DNA of 64,000 nucleotides from contig MU626259.1 in the NCBI GenBank assembly GCA_025603075.1, forward strand, positions 124,001-188,000, written 5' to 3'. Below the pieces are notes generated by a model. The model was not told where the DNA came from. It saw nothing but the letters and a program-made list of their open reading frames with translations, and did no database searches. Made by a program: the position numbers and the translations under genes. The stretch comes from Neoconidiobolus thromboides FSU 785 (Eukaryota > Fungi > Entomophthoromycota). Shown here piece by piece: positions 24,218-36,648 of the stretch (position 1 is its first letter; the number at the start of each line of letters is the position of its first letter).

Positions 24218-25462
24218 TCCCTTATAGTCTCCTAATTTTAACTTGTATTTAATCGTATTAAGTATTTAGTTTCATTTTATATAATAACTTCGGTTTGAAA
24301 ATGAATTGTATCATATCAATTATCTTTTGATCAGGGCTTTTACGAGGCTATTCTCATTCAGTTTTATACTTATCCTCCTTTTGTATTGACTTGGACTTAC
24401 ATTGGGTTACCAACTTAGCTGTAACTTTTTTATTAGCTCTACTGCCATTAATTACCATAATACTTGTTTCTTGTGATAAATCATAGTATGGGTAAATTTC
24501 ATAAATAAGAGTTCTGTATAAGATTTGATACATAAATTGTTCATATAGGCAAATGGTATAGGTAAAGATTATAGAAATATTGGATCAAAAAAATACCTAG
24601 CGATCAGACAACTATAAAAAGTTTTAGTATAGTTTATCTGTAATTAAAAGGATTTAAGTTGTGCAAAATTTAGCTATTTATAAAAAATAAAACTATACTT
24701 TCTATGAATGTTAAATTCAATAACCTTGCCCTTTTATTTATATCCAATTAATTATGATTATTATTAAATACCTATATATAACTTAGCAACAACCATTTAA
24801 GATTGAAAGGCTGAGCTTCAAAGCTAGTAGTTGAACCTTAACTATTTAGCCTTAAACTACAAGTTTGTCTTAATTTTTTGATCTTAAAATGTTATTTACA
24901 AAATATAAAATAAAATTATTTTGCTTGGAATTAAATATAATCATTTATAGCTACAATCCTAGAACAACATATGGGAGTGTTATTTTCCTTGGCATTAAGG
25001 ATTTCAGTTCCTAATTTGGTAGGTGTATTTAGGTGTAAGAAAGAATGTGATTTTTTAAAAAACTCAATGCCAAATAAATACATTAGCGGAAACCGTATTA
25101 GTAGTAAGATTTAAGCAGTGTGAAATCGAAAAGTTTAGGCAGAAATGCTTTTTGCGAATATCAATCGTAGTTCTGGAGATTTTTGATTTTTAACTATAAA
25201 ATACCAAGAATGATATTTTAAGGTTTATAAGACGTTATCCTGAAGGAAAAAAATCTTTTTAAAAAAATTGCGAATTCATTTTAGGTTAAAATTAACCGAT
25301 ATTATAAAATAATGACTAGTTAGAAGGTATGCATTCAATTAAATATGGTCATCAGGTGCGGTGTTATTCAAACCGAAATTATGGAAGGTTCCTAATTATT
25401 TTAAAAAAAACTATAAAATAAAACAATATTTACAACAAATAACAACAAATCAATAAATCAAT

Positions 25463-26351
25463 ATGATATATACTTCTGATCCCCCTACTACGTTTATTGT
25501 AATTATTGCCATAGTAGCTGCCTTTGTATTTATTGGAATTTTTACAATAATATGCAAAGGTTGCACTAATACTGATAGATGCACCACTAATAATGCAAAT
25601 AACATACCAATAAATATCAATCAAAGTGTAATCATTCCAATGGATTTGAATCAAAATGTACCTGCTCCTCCATATCAACATAGAGAGCACATAAATGGTG
25701 TTGGAAATATTAACAACATTAGAGATAATATAAATACAGAAACAAATAACCTAAGAAAAGGGTTCGAAGTGACAAATAATAATAATGGAAATGTCCTTAA
25801 AATTGAGAACAATGGAATTTATTGTTTAAAAGAAAGCATACTACAAAGGGATATCTCTCCTAGGGATAAAATTTGTTACTTTGAAATTGAAATAATTGAC
25901 TTCAATCCTTCTGTTACTATTTTATTAGGTTACTCTTCAAAATGCCATGATGATATTAGCGGTAATTTTCATCCTATAAGAAATCATATGTGTATTTATA
26001 TTTCTACTTTTAGATAACAGTATTTTATTTAGTGTAAGCACTAATCAGATAATCATAAACAAAAGTTCAAGAAACCGAATCTATATTAATGATTTTAAGT
26101 CTGGAGACATCATTGGTGTATTTTATAATTTAAATACTTTTGAGATGATTTTCACATACAATGGCGAAGCTATTTATACTATCTATTATGATTCTATGGA
26201 TTTATTGTTACCAACTATATACTCCTCTAAAGAATCTCTATTTAGATATAATATTGGGGAAAGTGGGTTTCTATATCAAAAAGCCAATTTATTAAATATA
26301 GGTATTGACGTTACATCCGAGTTGCCCCCAAGCTATATCCTTAGAAACTAA
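25463..26351 (+). CDS. TM + divergent SPRY + PPxY protein (Ssh4/Ear1-like); intron 25962-26013
   Basis: TM helix, PAPPY, YFEIEI, GDIIG, IFTYNG, LLPTI, ends LPPSY; 52-nt intron restores frame. Confidence 0.82.
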
Positions 26352-26469
26352 CTCCAGTGATGCTATGTGTACATAATAAAATTCAAAAATAATATTCTAT
26401 TAATCAGTAAATTTATAATTAAAAATTAAAAAACGAATAGTACAATAGTATGCTTTTTTTATCAGATAT

Positions 26470-26566
26470 GGGGATGTGTTTTTTTTATTTAAAAATTTTA
26501 TTGACAGCTTTTCTACTCAAATAGTGTTTAAAAAATGGAAAAGTAATGGAATAAAAAAACGGCCTT
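26470..26566 (+). mobile_element. MITE family copy 6
   Basis: Colinear with consensus; ATAT flanks at 26466-26469 and 26567-26570. Confidence 0.85.
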
Positions 26567-26816
26567 ATATGTTTTTAATACAGATGAGTAAAAAGAAAAA
26601 TCATTAGAGTTCAATATTAATGGCTTTAATCTTTGTTAAGTAAATATTTCATAAAAGTATTGAAAAAAAGACTAATAAAGCCCCTTAATTTTCATTCCTT
26701 TGTTCATAAAATTAAGTATAGCTTATGAATAAAATCCATGTTAGTGCTGAAACTTTAAAGAAACTGAAGATGAAGAAAAAAAATCCAATCTGAATTAAAG
26801 CAAAGCGTCACAAGTG

Positions 26817-26860
26817 TTTTTTCAATGTGATTGTCTTTGTAGACAATCACATTGAAAAAA
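26817..26860. repeat. perfect 20-bp inverted repeat with 4-nt spacer
   Basis: TTTTTTCAATGTGATTGTCT-ttgt-AGACAATCACATTGAAAAAA. Confidence 0.95.
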
Positions 26861-27208
26861 TATTTTGCTATAAAAAATGAATACTTGAGAGACGAGGATA
26901 TACATGATAATTATATTATACTTAGTCCACACTTGTCATTATACTATTTTAAAGAGTCCAACTTTTACATTTTCATATTGAAAAACAAAGTACTTAAGTT
27001 TTATTCTTTAGTAAATAGAGAAGTGCTTCTGCTTTACATTTAATTTGATCGAAGCAATCTAAAATCAGCAATTAAAACAATTATTAGCCAATGTAGTCAT
27101 CTGTAGGCGGTGTTATCAGAGTTAAATTTATCAAAAGCCTCAATTATATTTAAATATTTATAAAATAAGAAAAATATAAAATACAGGACATTTTTTATTA
27201 GCATTATC

Positions 27209-28042
27209 ATGACACTCTCTTCTTAAGTATTTATAATATTTTTTGTTGTATTGATAGTCGCTACACTGTTGATAATAGTTATAATACCGCTTGATAAATG
27301 AGTTCATTTTAATTGTAATGATACAAAAAAAGAAACATTTTTGAACCGAATCATAGGTGATTCCATGGATTCAGGTCAGACTATTGATGCTTTAAAAATT
27401 AATAGAAAGGATACACAGTCAACATAAATATATAAGGAAACATGCTAATAGAAATTCAAATTTATAAATAGCGTGTATAAAAATATTATCAAAAGGTAAA
27501 GTAATGAAATTTATTATATGGAACAAAGTATATTACGAAGAGGTATTCTTTCAAAGGACAAAGATACCTATTTTGGAATTGAAATAATTAATTTCAATTC
27601 TTTTTTGTTATTTCGGTAGGTTATTCGTTAAGATGTATTCATGATATTAATGGTAAACTTCATTATACATTTGGTAACGCTCTTCACTTTTTTACTTTTA
27701 GATAATAGTATTTTGTTCAATATAAGTACAAATTAAATGGTTACAAATAAAAACTCCAGTAATCGAATCTATATCAATGACTTCAAGTCTAGATATATTA
27801 TTGGCGCACTCTACAATCCCAGTGCCCTTGAAACGGTTCTCACATATAATGGTGAGGCTGTTTATTCCCTTTGCTATGATTCCAATGACTTACTACTATC
27901 AATCATTTATCCCTCTAAGGGGCCTCTGTTTGGGCACAATATCAGCAAAAGTGAGTTTCTGTATTAAAAAGTCAATTTACTAAACATGGGTACTGATGTC
28001 TCATCCGAGTTATCCCCAAGATATACTTTTAGAGATCAATAA
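27209..28042 (+). pseudogene. pseudogenised tandem copy of the TM-SPRY gene at 25463
   Basis: MTLSS*VFIIFFVV.., YFGIEIINFN, same intron position, DNSILFNISTN*, FLY*KVNL; PPxY decayed to SPRY (LSPRY). Confidence 0.85.
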
Positions 28043-28492
28043 TGCCATTTTTTAAATATAATAAAAACAAATATCGATTATAAATGCTTTTTCTAAAATT
28101 ATATAGTTAAAATACAGCATCATCTTAGGAATGATGATTTATATCTAAAAATATTAATAAATTGTTATCGATATCTATCCTTTATGTTCCACAATTAAAT
28201 CGATTTAGAACAAAATTTTAATTATTAATATTGACACTAAGGCTAAATTAAATGCAAGGTTATTGATAGATGTGATATTTGTAAGATACAAATATAAAAG
28301 AGTGTTTGTATAACTAATATAATATAAAATTGTTAGTTGATGTTGATCAGGTTGATAATAGGTATTTAAATTTTAGACATTTTTATTATCAATAAGACAG
28401 CAAATAGATGAGTTTGATATTTAATTAAACAATTATACTAAAAAGATATCGGGCAAATTATTGAATGGATCCAAGGCATAGTTTGATGCTAT

Positions 28493-29450
28493 TCATACAA
28501 TCTCTGAATAATTAGGAGGCAGATCTTGATTATCTATTCCGAGAGCCAAACTGTTAGCTCTTTGATATAAGAACCCTGTATCACTCAAATTATATTTGAT
28601 TAAAACGCCATTTGTACAATAAATAGTTGGTAGTAGTAGTTCATCAGAATTAAAGTTGAACGTGTTTATGACATCACCATTACATGTGAAGTCGACTCGT
28701 GATTCATTTATATCATGAAGTGCTCCAATTATATCACCTTTTTTAAAATTATGAACTGAAGTCACACTAGATGAGCTTCTATTTATAACTATCTGACCAT
28801 CATGAGGATTTAGCAATATAGAATTATCTAAAGGGATTAGAGATGAATGGAAATAAAAATTTACTTTCAAAGACGTTACCATTAATTACGTTTTGCGAGC
28901 ATTTCATTGAGTAACCCAATAATATTGAGAAATGATCTTTGGAATCTATGAATTCAATTTCAAAGTATATAAAGCTGTCTATAAATATAGCCTCATTGGT
29001 TTGAAGTATACTATCTTTAACAAAATAAACACTATTGTTTTCGCCTTTGATTATATCTTCGTTTCTGCCATTTATTACTTCAAATCTGTTAGCGTTATAG
29101 TTTACATTTCGTATATTATCATGATTGTTGCTATTGTTACTACTGTGATTTTGTTCCTGCCGTTGATCGACTATATCAACAACCTGGTTTAAACTAATAT
29201 CCACATTATTATTATTATTATTATCCGCCTGTGCTTTATTTCTACCTCTCTTATATATCCCAATAATTAACATAATAATGACAGTAACAGAAATAATGAC
29301 AGGTATAAGGATATGGACCACTAAAGGGCTTTCAGATGAATTAGTTGAACTAGGTGGATAAAAATCTTTAAGTGTTGTGCTAGTTTTAGTTGCAATCTCT
29401 TTTGATATTGCATCAAGCACCTCTTTTGGAATTCCAGATGTTGAACTCAT
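28493..29450 (-). CDS. TM + divergent SPRY + PPxY protein (Ssh4/Ear1-like); intron 28828-28879
   Basis: TM helix, YFEIEF, LLGYSMKC, GDIIG, FTCNG, LLPTI, ends LPPNY; 52-nt intron at the homologous position. Confidence 0.82.
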
Positions 29451-31040
29451 TGAAAACAAATCCCTTGAAAAATAATTTTAGTTTATTTCATAAAATTACA
29501 AGCTGGTCAAATTGACTTTTAAAAGGAACTTTGATTTTGTATATTTCACTAAGTTTGATCTTTTGGTATTTTGAGGTAACATTTATTGTTCCTATTATAT
29601 TTTTGTGAGAAGCAGAATGTTAAAGATACCAATAGTTTATCCAATTAGATTAATAATCATTTGTATAGTAATTCATTTAATTTGTTAGTGCTTATGACTT
29701 GTGTTATGAATAAGGTCCAAATTTATGGGTCATAACTCCTATAGGCTTCATTATAAAAATTCCCTTACATCTTGTTGAATACACTAGATTTAGCTAATTA
29801 AATATATATGTTTAATAGAGAACACGGGAATAATAGATTTTGTATTGTTATTATAAAGCCTTGCAGTACACCAATATATTTAAGCAAAAAAAAGTACTAT
29901 TAATATCTAGCTATAACTAAAGTGCTAATTTTCTATTTTAATTTGACTTATTGAAAATAGAATTATTTTTTTTATTTGGTACTTATTCCCATATATACCA
30001 CCTATAGTACAAAGAAGCCTTACAAAAAAGCTAAAGTCAGGAAATCTGTACCTTTGGTTTTTCAAAAGTCAGTTGACAGGTTAAATGCAGTTTAAAAAAC
30101 ATAAGATTCAATTAAAAAAATATTATAATAGTTCTTTACTTAAGGAGTATAATACTAAAAACTATGTTACTAAAAAAAGCACTTCATAATAAGAGAATAA
30201 TTTTAGTGTTTATTTATAGGATAATGTATTTAGTATTGTATTTTAGAATTATTCAATAAAAGTACTACAATTCAAAATGAGCCATTTCATCTTAAAATGT
30301 TAAAATAAAGTATTTTATATAAATATTGTGATTAAAGTAAAGCTTTATTGTTTTTTTACAATACAATAATGTTCAAATTGTTTATTTTTATATTAGATGT
30401 TAAAAACAACTATCACAAATGACAACTCCATTTTAAATTTTAAATAAAAACATCCTTTATTTGCTTTAGTTTTTATCAAAAATTTAAGAGCATAAATAAT
30501 TAAGTGTTGGTTTCTTTGTATTATTTGTAGTGTTCTAATTAGACAATTAAATGTAGTTGAAGTCTTAATATATGCTCCAACTTACATCTACTACAGAAAG
30601 TTTATTATCTATTTTGCTTTCAATCACTGTATTTACATTTAACTGTGTTTAAGCTGTATCATCCAATATCATTTTTGTTAATATTTTAAAAAATGTAAAT
30701 GATTTATCAGCAAATAAATTAAAAACAAATTAAGAATAAATCAAAAGGAATATAATCTAATAAAGCCGGCATAACAAATGTTTAATATGTATTGTAAAAT
30801 TTTATTTAAAATTTTAAAATAAAGAAGGGAAATTTCGATATTTAGCTAATGCAACTATTCGTTCTAAAATAGATACTAATTATCAAACCGTAGGTTGACA
30901 CAGAAATACAACTAGTTGGCTATAAAGATTACTACTAACCAACATACATTCGAGTTTAAACAGCCGTGTTGGTTAGCTAATTTTTAAATTTTCAAAAATA
31001 GCAAAAGTGGACAATTGGTAAGAAATACTCACATATGATT

Positions 31041-31700
31041 CTAAATTCGAACTTGAAAAAGAGACAACTGTCTTAAATCTTCAGAAATACATAAGTTAGT
31101 ATTAGATTTAAACTCTAAAGTTTCAATAAGGTTGAAATTCTTAGAATAATATAATAATATATGGTCACTTATTTTGCTTTTAATTGGTGGCAATATACTA
31201 GATAAATTAGTCTTGACTTGACTAATGGGTGGCAATGATATAAAATTTTTGATGTTTAAGCTCGTACTAATTGAACCCAAATTACTGTTCGTGCTTTTGG
31301 TGTGTAGAAAGTTCATCAAGTGACTATAAGAAGGGCGTATCAAACTTTTATTTACAGATGAAGAGTTAGAAACGTAATTTAATATTTGTAATCTTCTATT
31401 AAAGTAATATAGTTTTATCTCTTTCTTTATCAGTTTGTTCTTACTATTAACATCGTTTATAAGTTGTTTAAAATAGTTAAGTTTATTCTTAGATTGATAT
31501 TTCATCCACTTTTTCCCATCTTCCAATTCTTCTAAATCCGATCCTTTATATTCACATATAAAACATGTGCCTACTTTTATTTCTCTCTTTTCAGTTTCAG
31601 TTAGTTTGCCTTCTATTACTCGAAAATAGCCCCTATTCACCCCTTCTAGCAATAACAATATATCTAATGAATTTTCAACTGTTCCGAAAAAATCTTTCAT
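31041..31700 (-). CDS. Gti1/Pac2 (WOPR) family DNA-binding protein, divergent
   Basis: FFGTVENSLDILLLLEG, EKREIKVGTCFI, DGKKW, LIKKEI, QILNY. Confidence 0.75.
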   Translation of the reverse strand: MKDFFGTVENSLDILLLLEGVNRGYFRVIEGKLTETEKREIKVGTCFICEYKGSDLEELEDGKKWMKYQSKNKLNYFKQLINDVNSKNKLIKKEIKLYYFNRRLQILNYVSNSSSVNKSLIRPSYSHLMNFLHTKSTNSNLGSISTSLNIKNFISLPPISQVKTNLSSILPPIKSKISDHILLYYSKNFNLIETLEFKSNTNLCISEDLRQLSLFQVRI

Positions 31701-33159
31701 TGTTAAATCCTATTTTACGGAATAAATTAGATATTCTACTTGTTTATATATTTTTTTACCTACTATTATTAATACTATTATTTATCAAGCATTTAAATAA
31801 AAGCCTATTTCAAACTTTTTTAGCAATAAATTTTGAAATTAGAATTAACATTTTTATTTAATAGAATTAAATTTAGTAACTAGGATATTTGGTATTTTAG
31901 AATTTTTCTCATTATTAAATAACATTTGATAAAATAATTTGTCAACTTGGTGGTGTCTAATTAATAAGTATATTACGAGATAGCCCTTATTGAGCTTTAG
32001 AAAATGCCAAAATGCTAATAAAAAAAGACCATAGACTCAATATCGATAGATAATAAAAGTAACACTTTAAGTTGCAGTAAACCTCAATTGTATAAATATC
32101 ATATAATATAGATGATATAAATCATAATGATAGTAATCCTTAGTATTAGTAAGCAACATGGTTTAATATTATTTTACTTTAGCATAACCTCAGTTAAGTA
32201 ATCTTCTTTTTAAGGCTATGAAGTCCCGATTTTGTTTTAAACTCAAACTTAATAATGAATAGTGTTTAGTATATTTCACATTATTTTGATTTCACTGCTC
32301 TTTATCAAAGCACCAAGTGTAATAACTAAATACAGTAAGCTTTGAGATTACTATAGCTTCACAGTCCAATTTTATTCTTAAACTATCAAATTTTTATTTG
32401 AAACAATAAATATGCCACTTTGAATTAAAAAAGAGGCATTAAACCATAATTTATGCAAAAGTTGAAATTGAAATTTAAAAAGAAAGAATATGCCCATATT
32501 GAATTATAGCTAGCAGTTTCAAACATGGTTAAAAACTAAAAAAACTAATAAGTATATTAAAGTTTAGGCTTGTTGTACTATTGATCTCATTGGTGGTATA
32601 GAACTTTATTTCGGTAAATTTTTCCATACTTGAACTTATAGCTCTTTAATTTTTATCACACACAACTGTATCTGTACATATTATAAACTTTAATAATGAT
32701 AAATACAATATACAACTCAAATATTCAGTAATCTAATTCTATATAATAAAATAGCTGTGATTAGAGAAAGTGATAAATATATAAACGTCACACAACGGAA
32801 TTAGTAAAGGAGTTTCTATACTCCTTTTATCCTTTAGAACATATAAATCCACATGAAAACCAAGTCTAAGATGGTAAAAGCCTTTGATTTATCAATAGCA
32901 GATATCAAATTTTACTAGAAACTAGATCCCCAGGACAGTGTTAATTAAACTACTAATATCAATAATTTTCTAGATAAAGCTTCTTACTGACCTATTCGTA
33001 AAACATCAGAAATTCTGTTCAAAAGTTTTCACAATAATAAGTCATATTTTAAACATCAAAATAGTCAATATGCCCTAGACTAAAGCTTTGAATATTTAAC
33101 ATCTAATGCTAACAGTTATATTGAAAGAGTAGGAAAAGTCAATTTTATTATTATTAAAA

Positions 33160-34698
33160 TTAATCCTTCTTCACAAGGATTTTCACTTGTTCTTTACCTT
33201 TTTCTACATTTAAAAACATTAATATTAATCCTGAAGAAAGAACAGAAGCAAGGATAAAAGTATAACCAATACGTAGATTGCCAGAATAATCTGTAATTGC
33301 CCCTACTACTAAAGGACCAATCCAGGAAGAACCTTTACCAACAATTTGGAATAAACTAAAAAATTCACTTTCTCTCCCCTTTGGTACTAATTCAGCAAAT
33401 AATACTCGATAAAAAGACTGAATTGGTCCAACAAAAAAACCATGGTATCCCATAAGAATGTAACCTTCAATTTTGAATTTTGAAAAGGGTAAATTAGGTA
33501 TTAAGCCTAATAAGACATAAATTGGAATAACTAAATAGCATATGCAACATATAATTAACATGGCTTTGGTACTAACTTTAAATCGAAATATAATTTGATT
33601 AAAAATTAAACAGCCCAAGAAAGCGGTTACTGGAGTAACTAAATTAGCAATCAAAAGCTCATATTGTAAAAACTTGAATTCTTTTTTAGCTAAGAGGACA
33701 GTCATTGAAAGGAAGGTATGTAAACTATCCGACATAATAAACCAAGAAAATAGTACAATAGCTAAATGGGACAAATTTTTAATCTGTCTAAAGGTTTTCC
33801 CTACTTGTTTCCAACTGTGGAGTAAATAGTTTTCTCCTTTAGGTAATGGGTTACCTGATCGATTTTTGAGCCACAAAAAAGGTATGATGTTGAATATAAT
33901 TGTCCATACCCCTGATAATGCTGCTACCACTTGCATAGGGTAAGAGCCTACTGGCCCAAAAGCGCCTGCAAACAAAACAAAAAGTGCTGATATAATTAAA
34001 TGAATAAATCCTCCTAAATATCCAATTGCCATCCCTTTACCAGATATAGTATTTGATACTTTTTCTCTTATTAAACTAAGGTTTGTATTACTATCCTCTT
34101 TTGCTTGTATTACATCAGGATGACTGGAAGTCAAAATAGGCAAGTAAGCATAATAAAAGATATTGGAAGCTCCAAAACCAATATTACCAATGATTATTAA
34201 GATGGCAGCTACCCAATAATAATCATAACTGGTGATTGAGGAAATTAAAATTATGGCAATTGCTTGTACAAAAGAAGAGGCAAAAAGCATCAATTTACGT
34301 AAATTGCCATAATCAGCCATAGCACCTATACTGATAAAAACAACTGCTTGAATAGCTACAGCTAAAGCTGAAATTAAGAAGGTATATGATGAAGTGTCTA
34401 ACCATATGACTCCAAATTTTACTTTACAAACATAATCTGTTATCTTTGTATTACATGGGGTTATCAAATCTAATTCATAAGCTGCTCCAGATGCAAGCCC
34501 TTCCAAAATTACAGTTGAAGCTAAACCGGCTACTGTAAGAAGAAAAGGTTCATTCTAAAGGCAAAATGGTTTAGTAAAGTGAATACAAGGTGTTAAAGTA
34601 ATCTTTACTGCAAAATTAAACATATAAAACCCCCATTCCTCTCTTCTATTTAGTGGTTCTTCGAATACGCTGGGTTCTTTTATATCCATCATCTCCAT
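33160..34698 (-). CDS. ATG22: Atg22-family MFS vacuolar amino-acid efflux transporter; intron 34555-34608
   Basis: REEWGFYMFNFA|NEPF, GAMADYG, FYYAYLP, ELVPKGRESEFFSLFQIVGKGSSWIGP; 12-TM pattern. Confidence 0.88.
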
Positions 34699-36463
34699 AG
34701 CTATTGATTTATCAGATATTTGAATTAATTAGTCAATAAAAAAAGATAAAATATTTTATTAATCTAAATCAAGGTAGGCTTATGTATAATGTTATAAGAA
34801 TAAAGTATAAATTAAGTTTTTTCTTATTACCTTATGCTAGCATTTATAAAGGGATATTCTAAAGAATAAATTTATAACAAGAATGTAAAAGTACTAAATC
34901 AAAGCTAGGCTAGATGGAACAATTGGTATCTAGATTAGGGAATTATGATAATTCAATCTTTTCAATTTCATTTTTATGATGCTACATGGTTTGGTTTAGC
35001 TATTAAATAAAACGGAGTCTATTATATATAATATATAAACTATTATTGTCACTACGTCATTCTATATTTTATTATTTTCCTCATATTAAAAGAATATTGA
35101 CAAAAAGAATAAATTGCATTAACTTAAAAATAGAGGTGTAAAAATAATTTAATTTTCATAAAAATGAGAACAATCATTTGATTTTTGAGGTTTCTCATAT
35201 TTTAAAACTTAAATATAATTTAAAATTACTTTATATAATTAAAAGTGGAACTACAGTTTTTTTTAGTTTTTTTAGTTTTTTTTCTCTTATCATTTATTGT
35301 TTCCAAAGTACTTTTCCTAGTTAACAGTCTTCCTTTTTTCTTTATATTTCTTTATGATTTTAATAAAACACTATCCCCTTAGCTGAGGATAAAAAGTGGA
35401 ACTTTTTAAATATTGTATTCAAAGCTTAACAAGAATAAGCTAATATCAAGTGCTTTTTTATGTCTTAAAGTTGTGTATTTTCTTGTAACTTTTTAAAAAA
35501 TAGTTATAACGTTTTCGAATCTACTTTGCTTTTGTTAATGTGGTAAAGGAAGTGGTTGGAAAATGTGCCTGGAGTTTAATAGTGTTTTTTAGATTCATCT
35601 CGATAATAGTTTAGACTGATATACTAATTATAACTTTACTATCTCAAAGGCACATTATCATTAATAAGAATAGAAAAATCGACCGATTTAAATTTATTCA
35701 AAATCTTTTGACAAAATAGGCTTATTTGATGTAATTAGGAGTGCATGGACAAACTCATCAAATGTAAACTTCATTTCCCTTAAATCGTTTTTTCCATATA
35801 GAAATTAGCTTAAAGGTTGGAATATATTGAATCATAAAAAACATTTTTATATGACATCTAAGGTGGTCGACTCAAATCTCTTATAAAACTTGCACTTTTA
35901 ACCTTTTGAGTAATAAACGTCTTAAAAAAATTGTTTACTTTGATCACAATTTTTAATGAATTTTATGCCAATTAGACTAGCTCTTTTAAATTCTAATACC
36001 TAGAAGGTTAATTTAACAAATGTAATATTTGTGCAAAAAGTTGATTAAATGGAAAAGTATTTAAAAAAATTCAATTATTAAATTAAAAAAACATTTAAAA
36101 ATAGAAATTATTGTAAAATCTAAAATCTAAAAAATTACTACATTCTAATAATTACAATTATAACTGCTTTAACTACTTTGATTTTAATTCTAACTTTAGC
36201 TTATTTGTTTAATCCTAGCTTTAATTTTAATTGCACTTTTAACTCTTACCTATCTAGCCTTGATAAATTTTAACAAGATTAAAGAAAAAGTCTTATAATA
36301 GTTTATAAGATAGTCAATTAAATGAATAAATTAATTTTTAAAATCTATAGTTGCTTTATAAACAATACTATTTACTTTTACAAGCTTTTTTAGTGGGAGA
36401 AAAGCTTGCAAAATTTGTAGCAGTTTGAATATGAAAACTTTATACAACTAATCAACCTATTTA

Positions 36464-36603
36464 ATTGGTTAGAATACAAATTACTGAGATTTACTCATTG
36501 GCTTAATCAAATCTACTGACCTTGATCATTGGATTTTTTAAAAAAGACCAATAAGATTCTAAACTTTACTGAAAACCTAGCTTCTCTTATAAGTTTAACC
36601 AAT
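36464..36603. promoter_or_regulatory. cluster of five CCAAT boxes upstream of the 36649 gene
   Basis: ATTGG at 36464, 36497, 36528; CCAAT at 36548, 36599. Confidence 0.45.
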
Positions 36604-36648
36604 TCCAAGTACAAAATTTAAGAATTTTTAATACAGTAAAAAGAAGAA

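Noticed and set aside
26852-27043. ORF segment YIILSPHLSLYYFKE resembling the hAT transposase ILDPR.K..YF motif
   Set aside because: Key DPR residues missing and no other hAT motif nearby.
24969-29995. ATAT-GGGAGTG at 24969 and TTCCCC-ATAT near 29990 bracketing the SPRY cluster like a Pack-type element
   Set aside because: The two ends share no inverted similarity beyond GGG/CCC; 24969 may be an isolated degenerate end.
32850-33140. Stop-interrupted plus-strand frame (MKTKSKMVKAFDLS...) next to the ATG22 3' end
   Set aside because: Looks coding-like but no family is recognisable; cannot be distinguished from chance.
35400-36000. Possible decayed transposase partner divergent from the Myb-like gene (Harbinger-type pair)
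   Set aside because: No DDE motif could be reconstructed in any frame and no TIRs were found.
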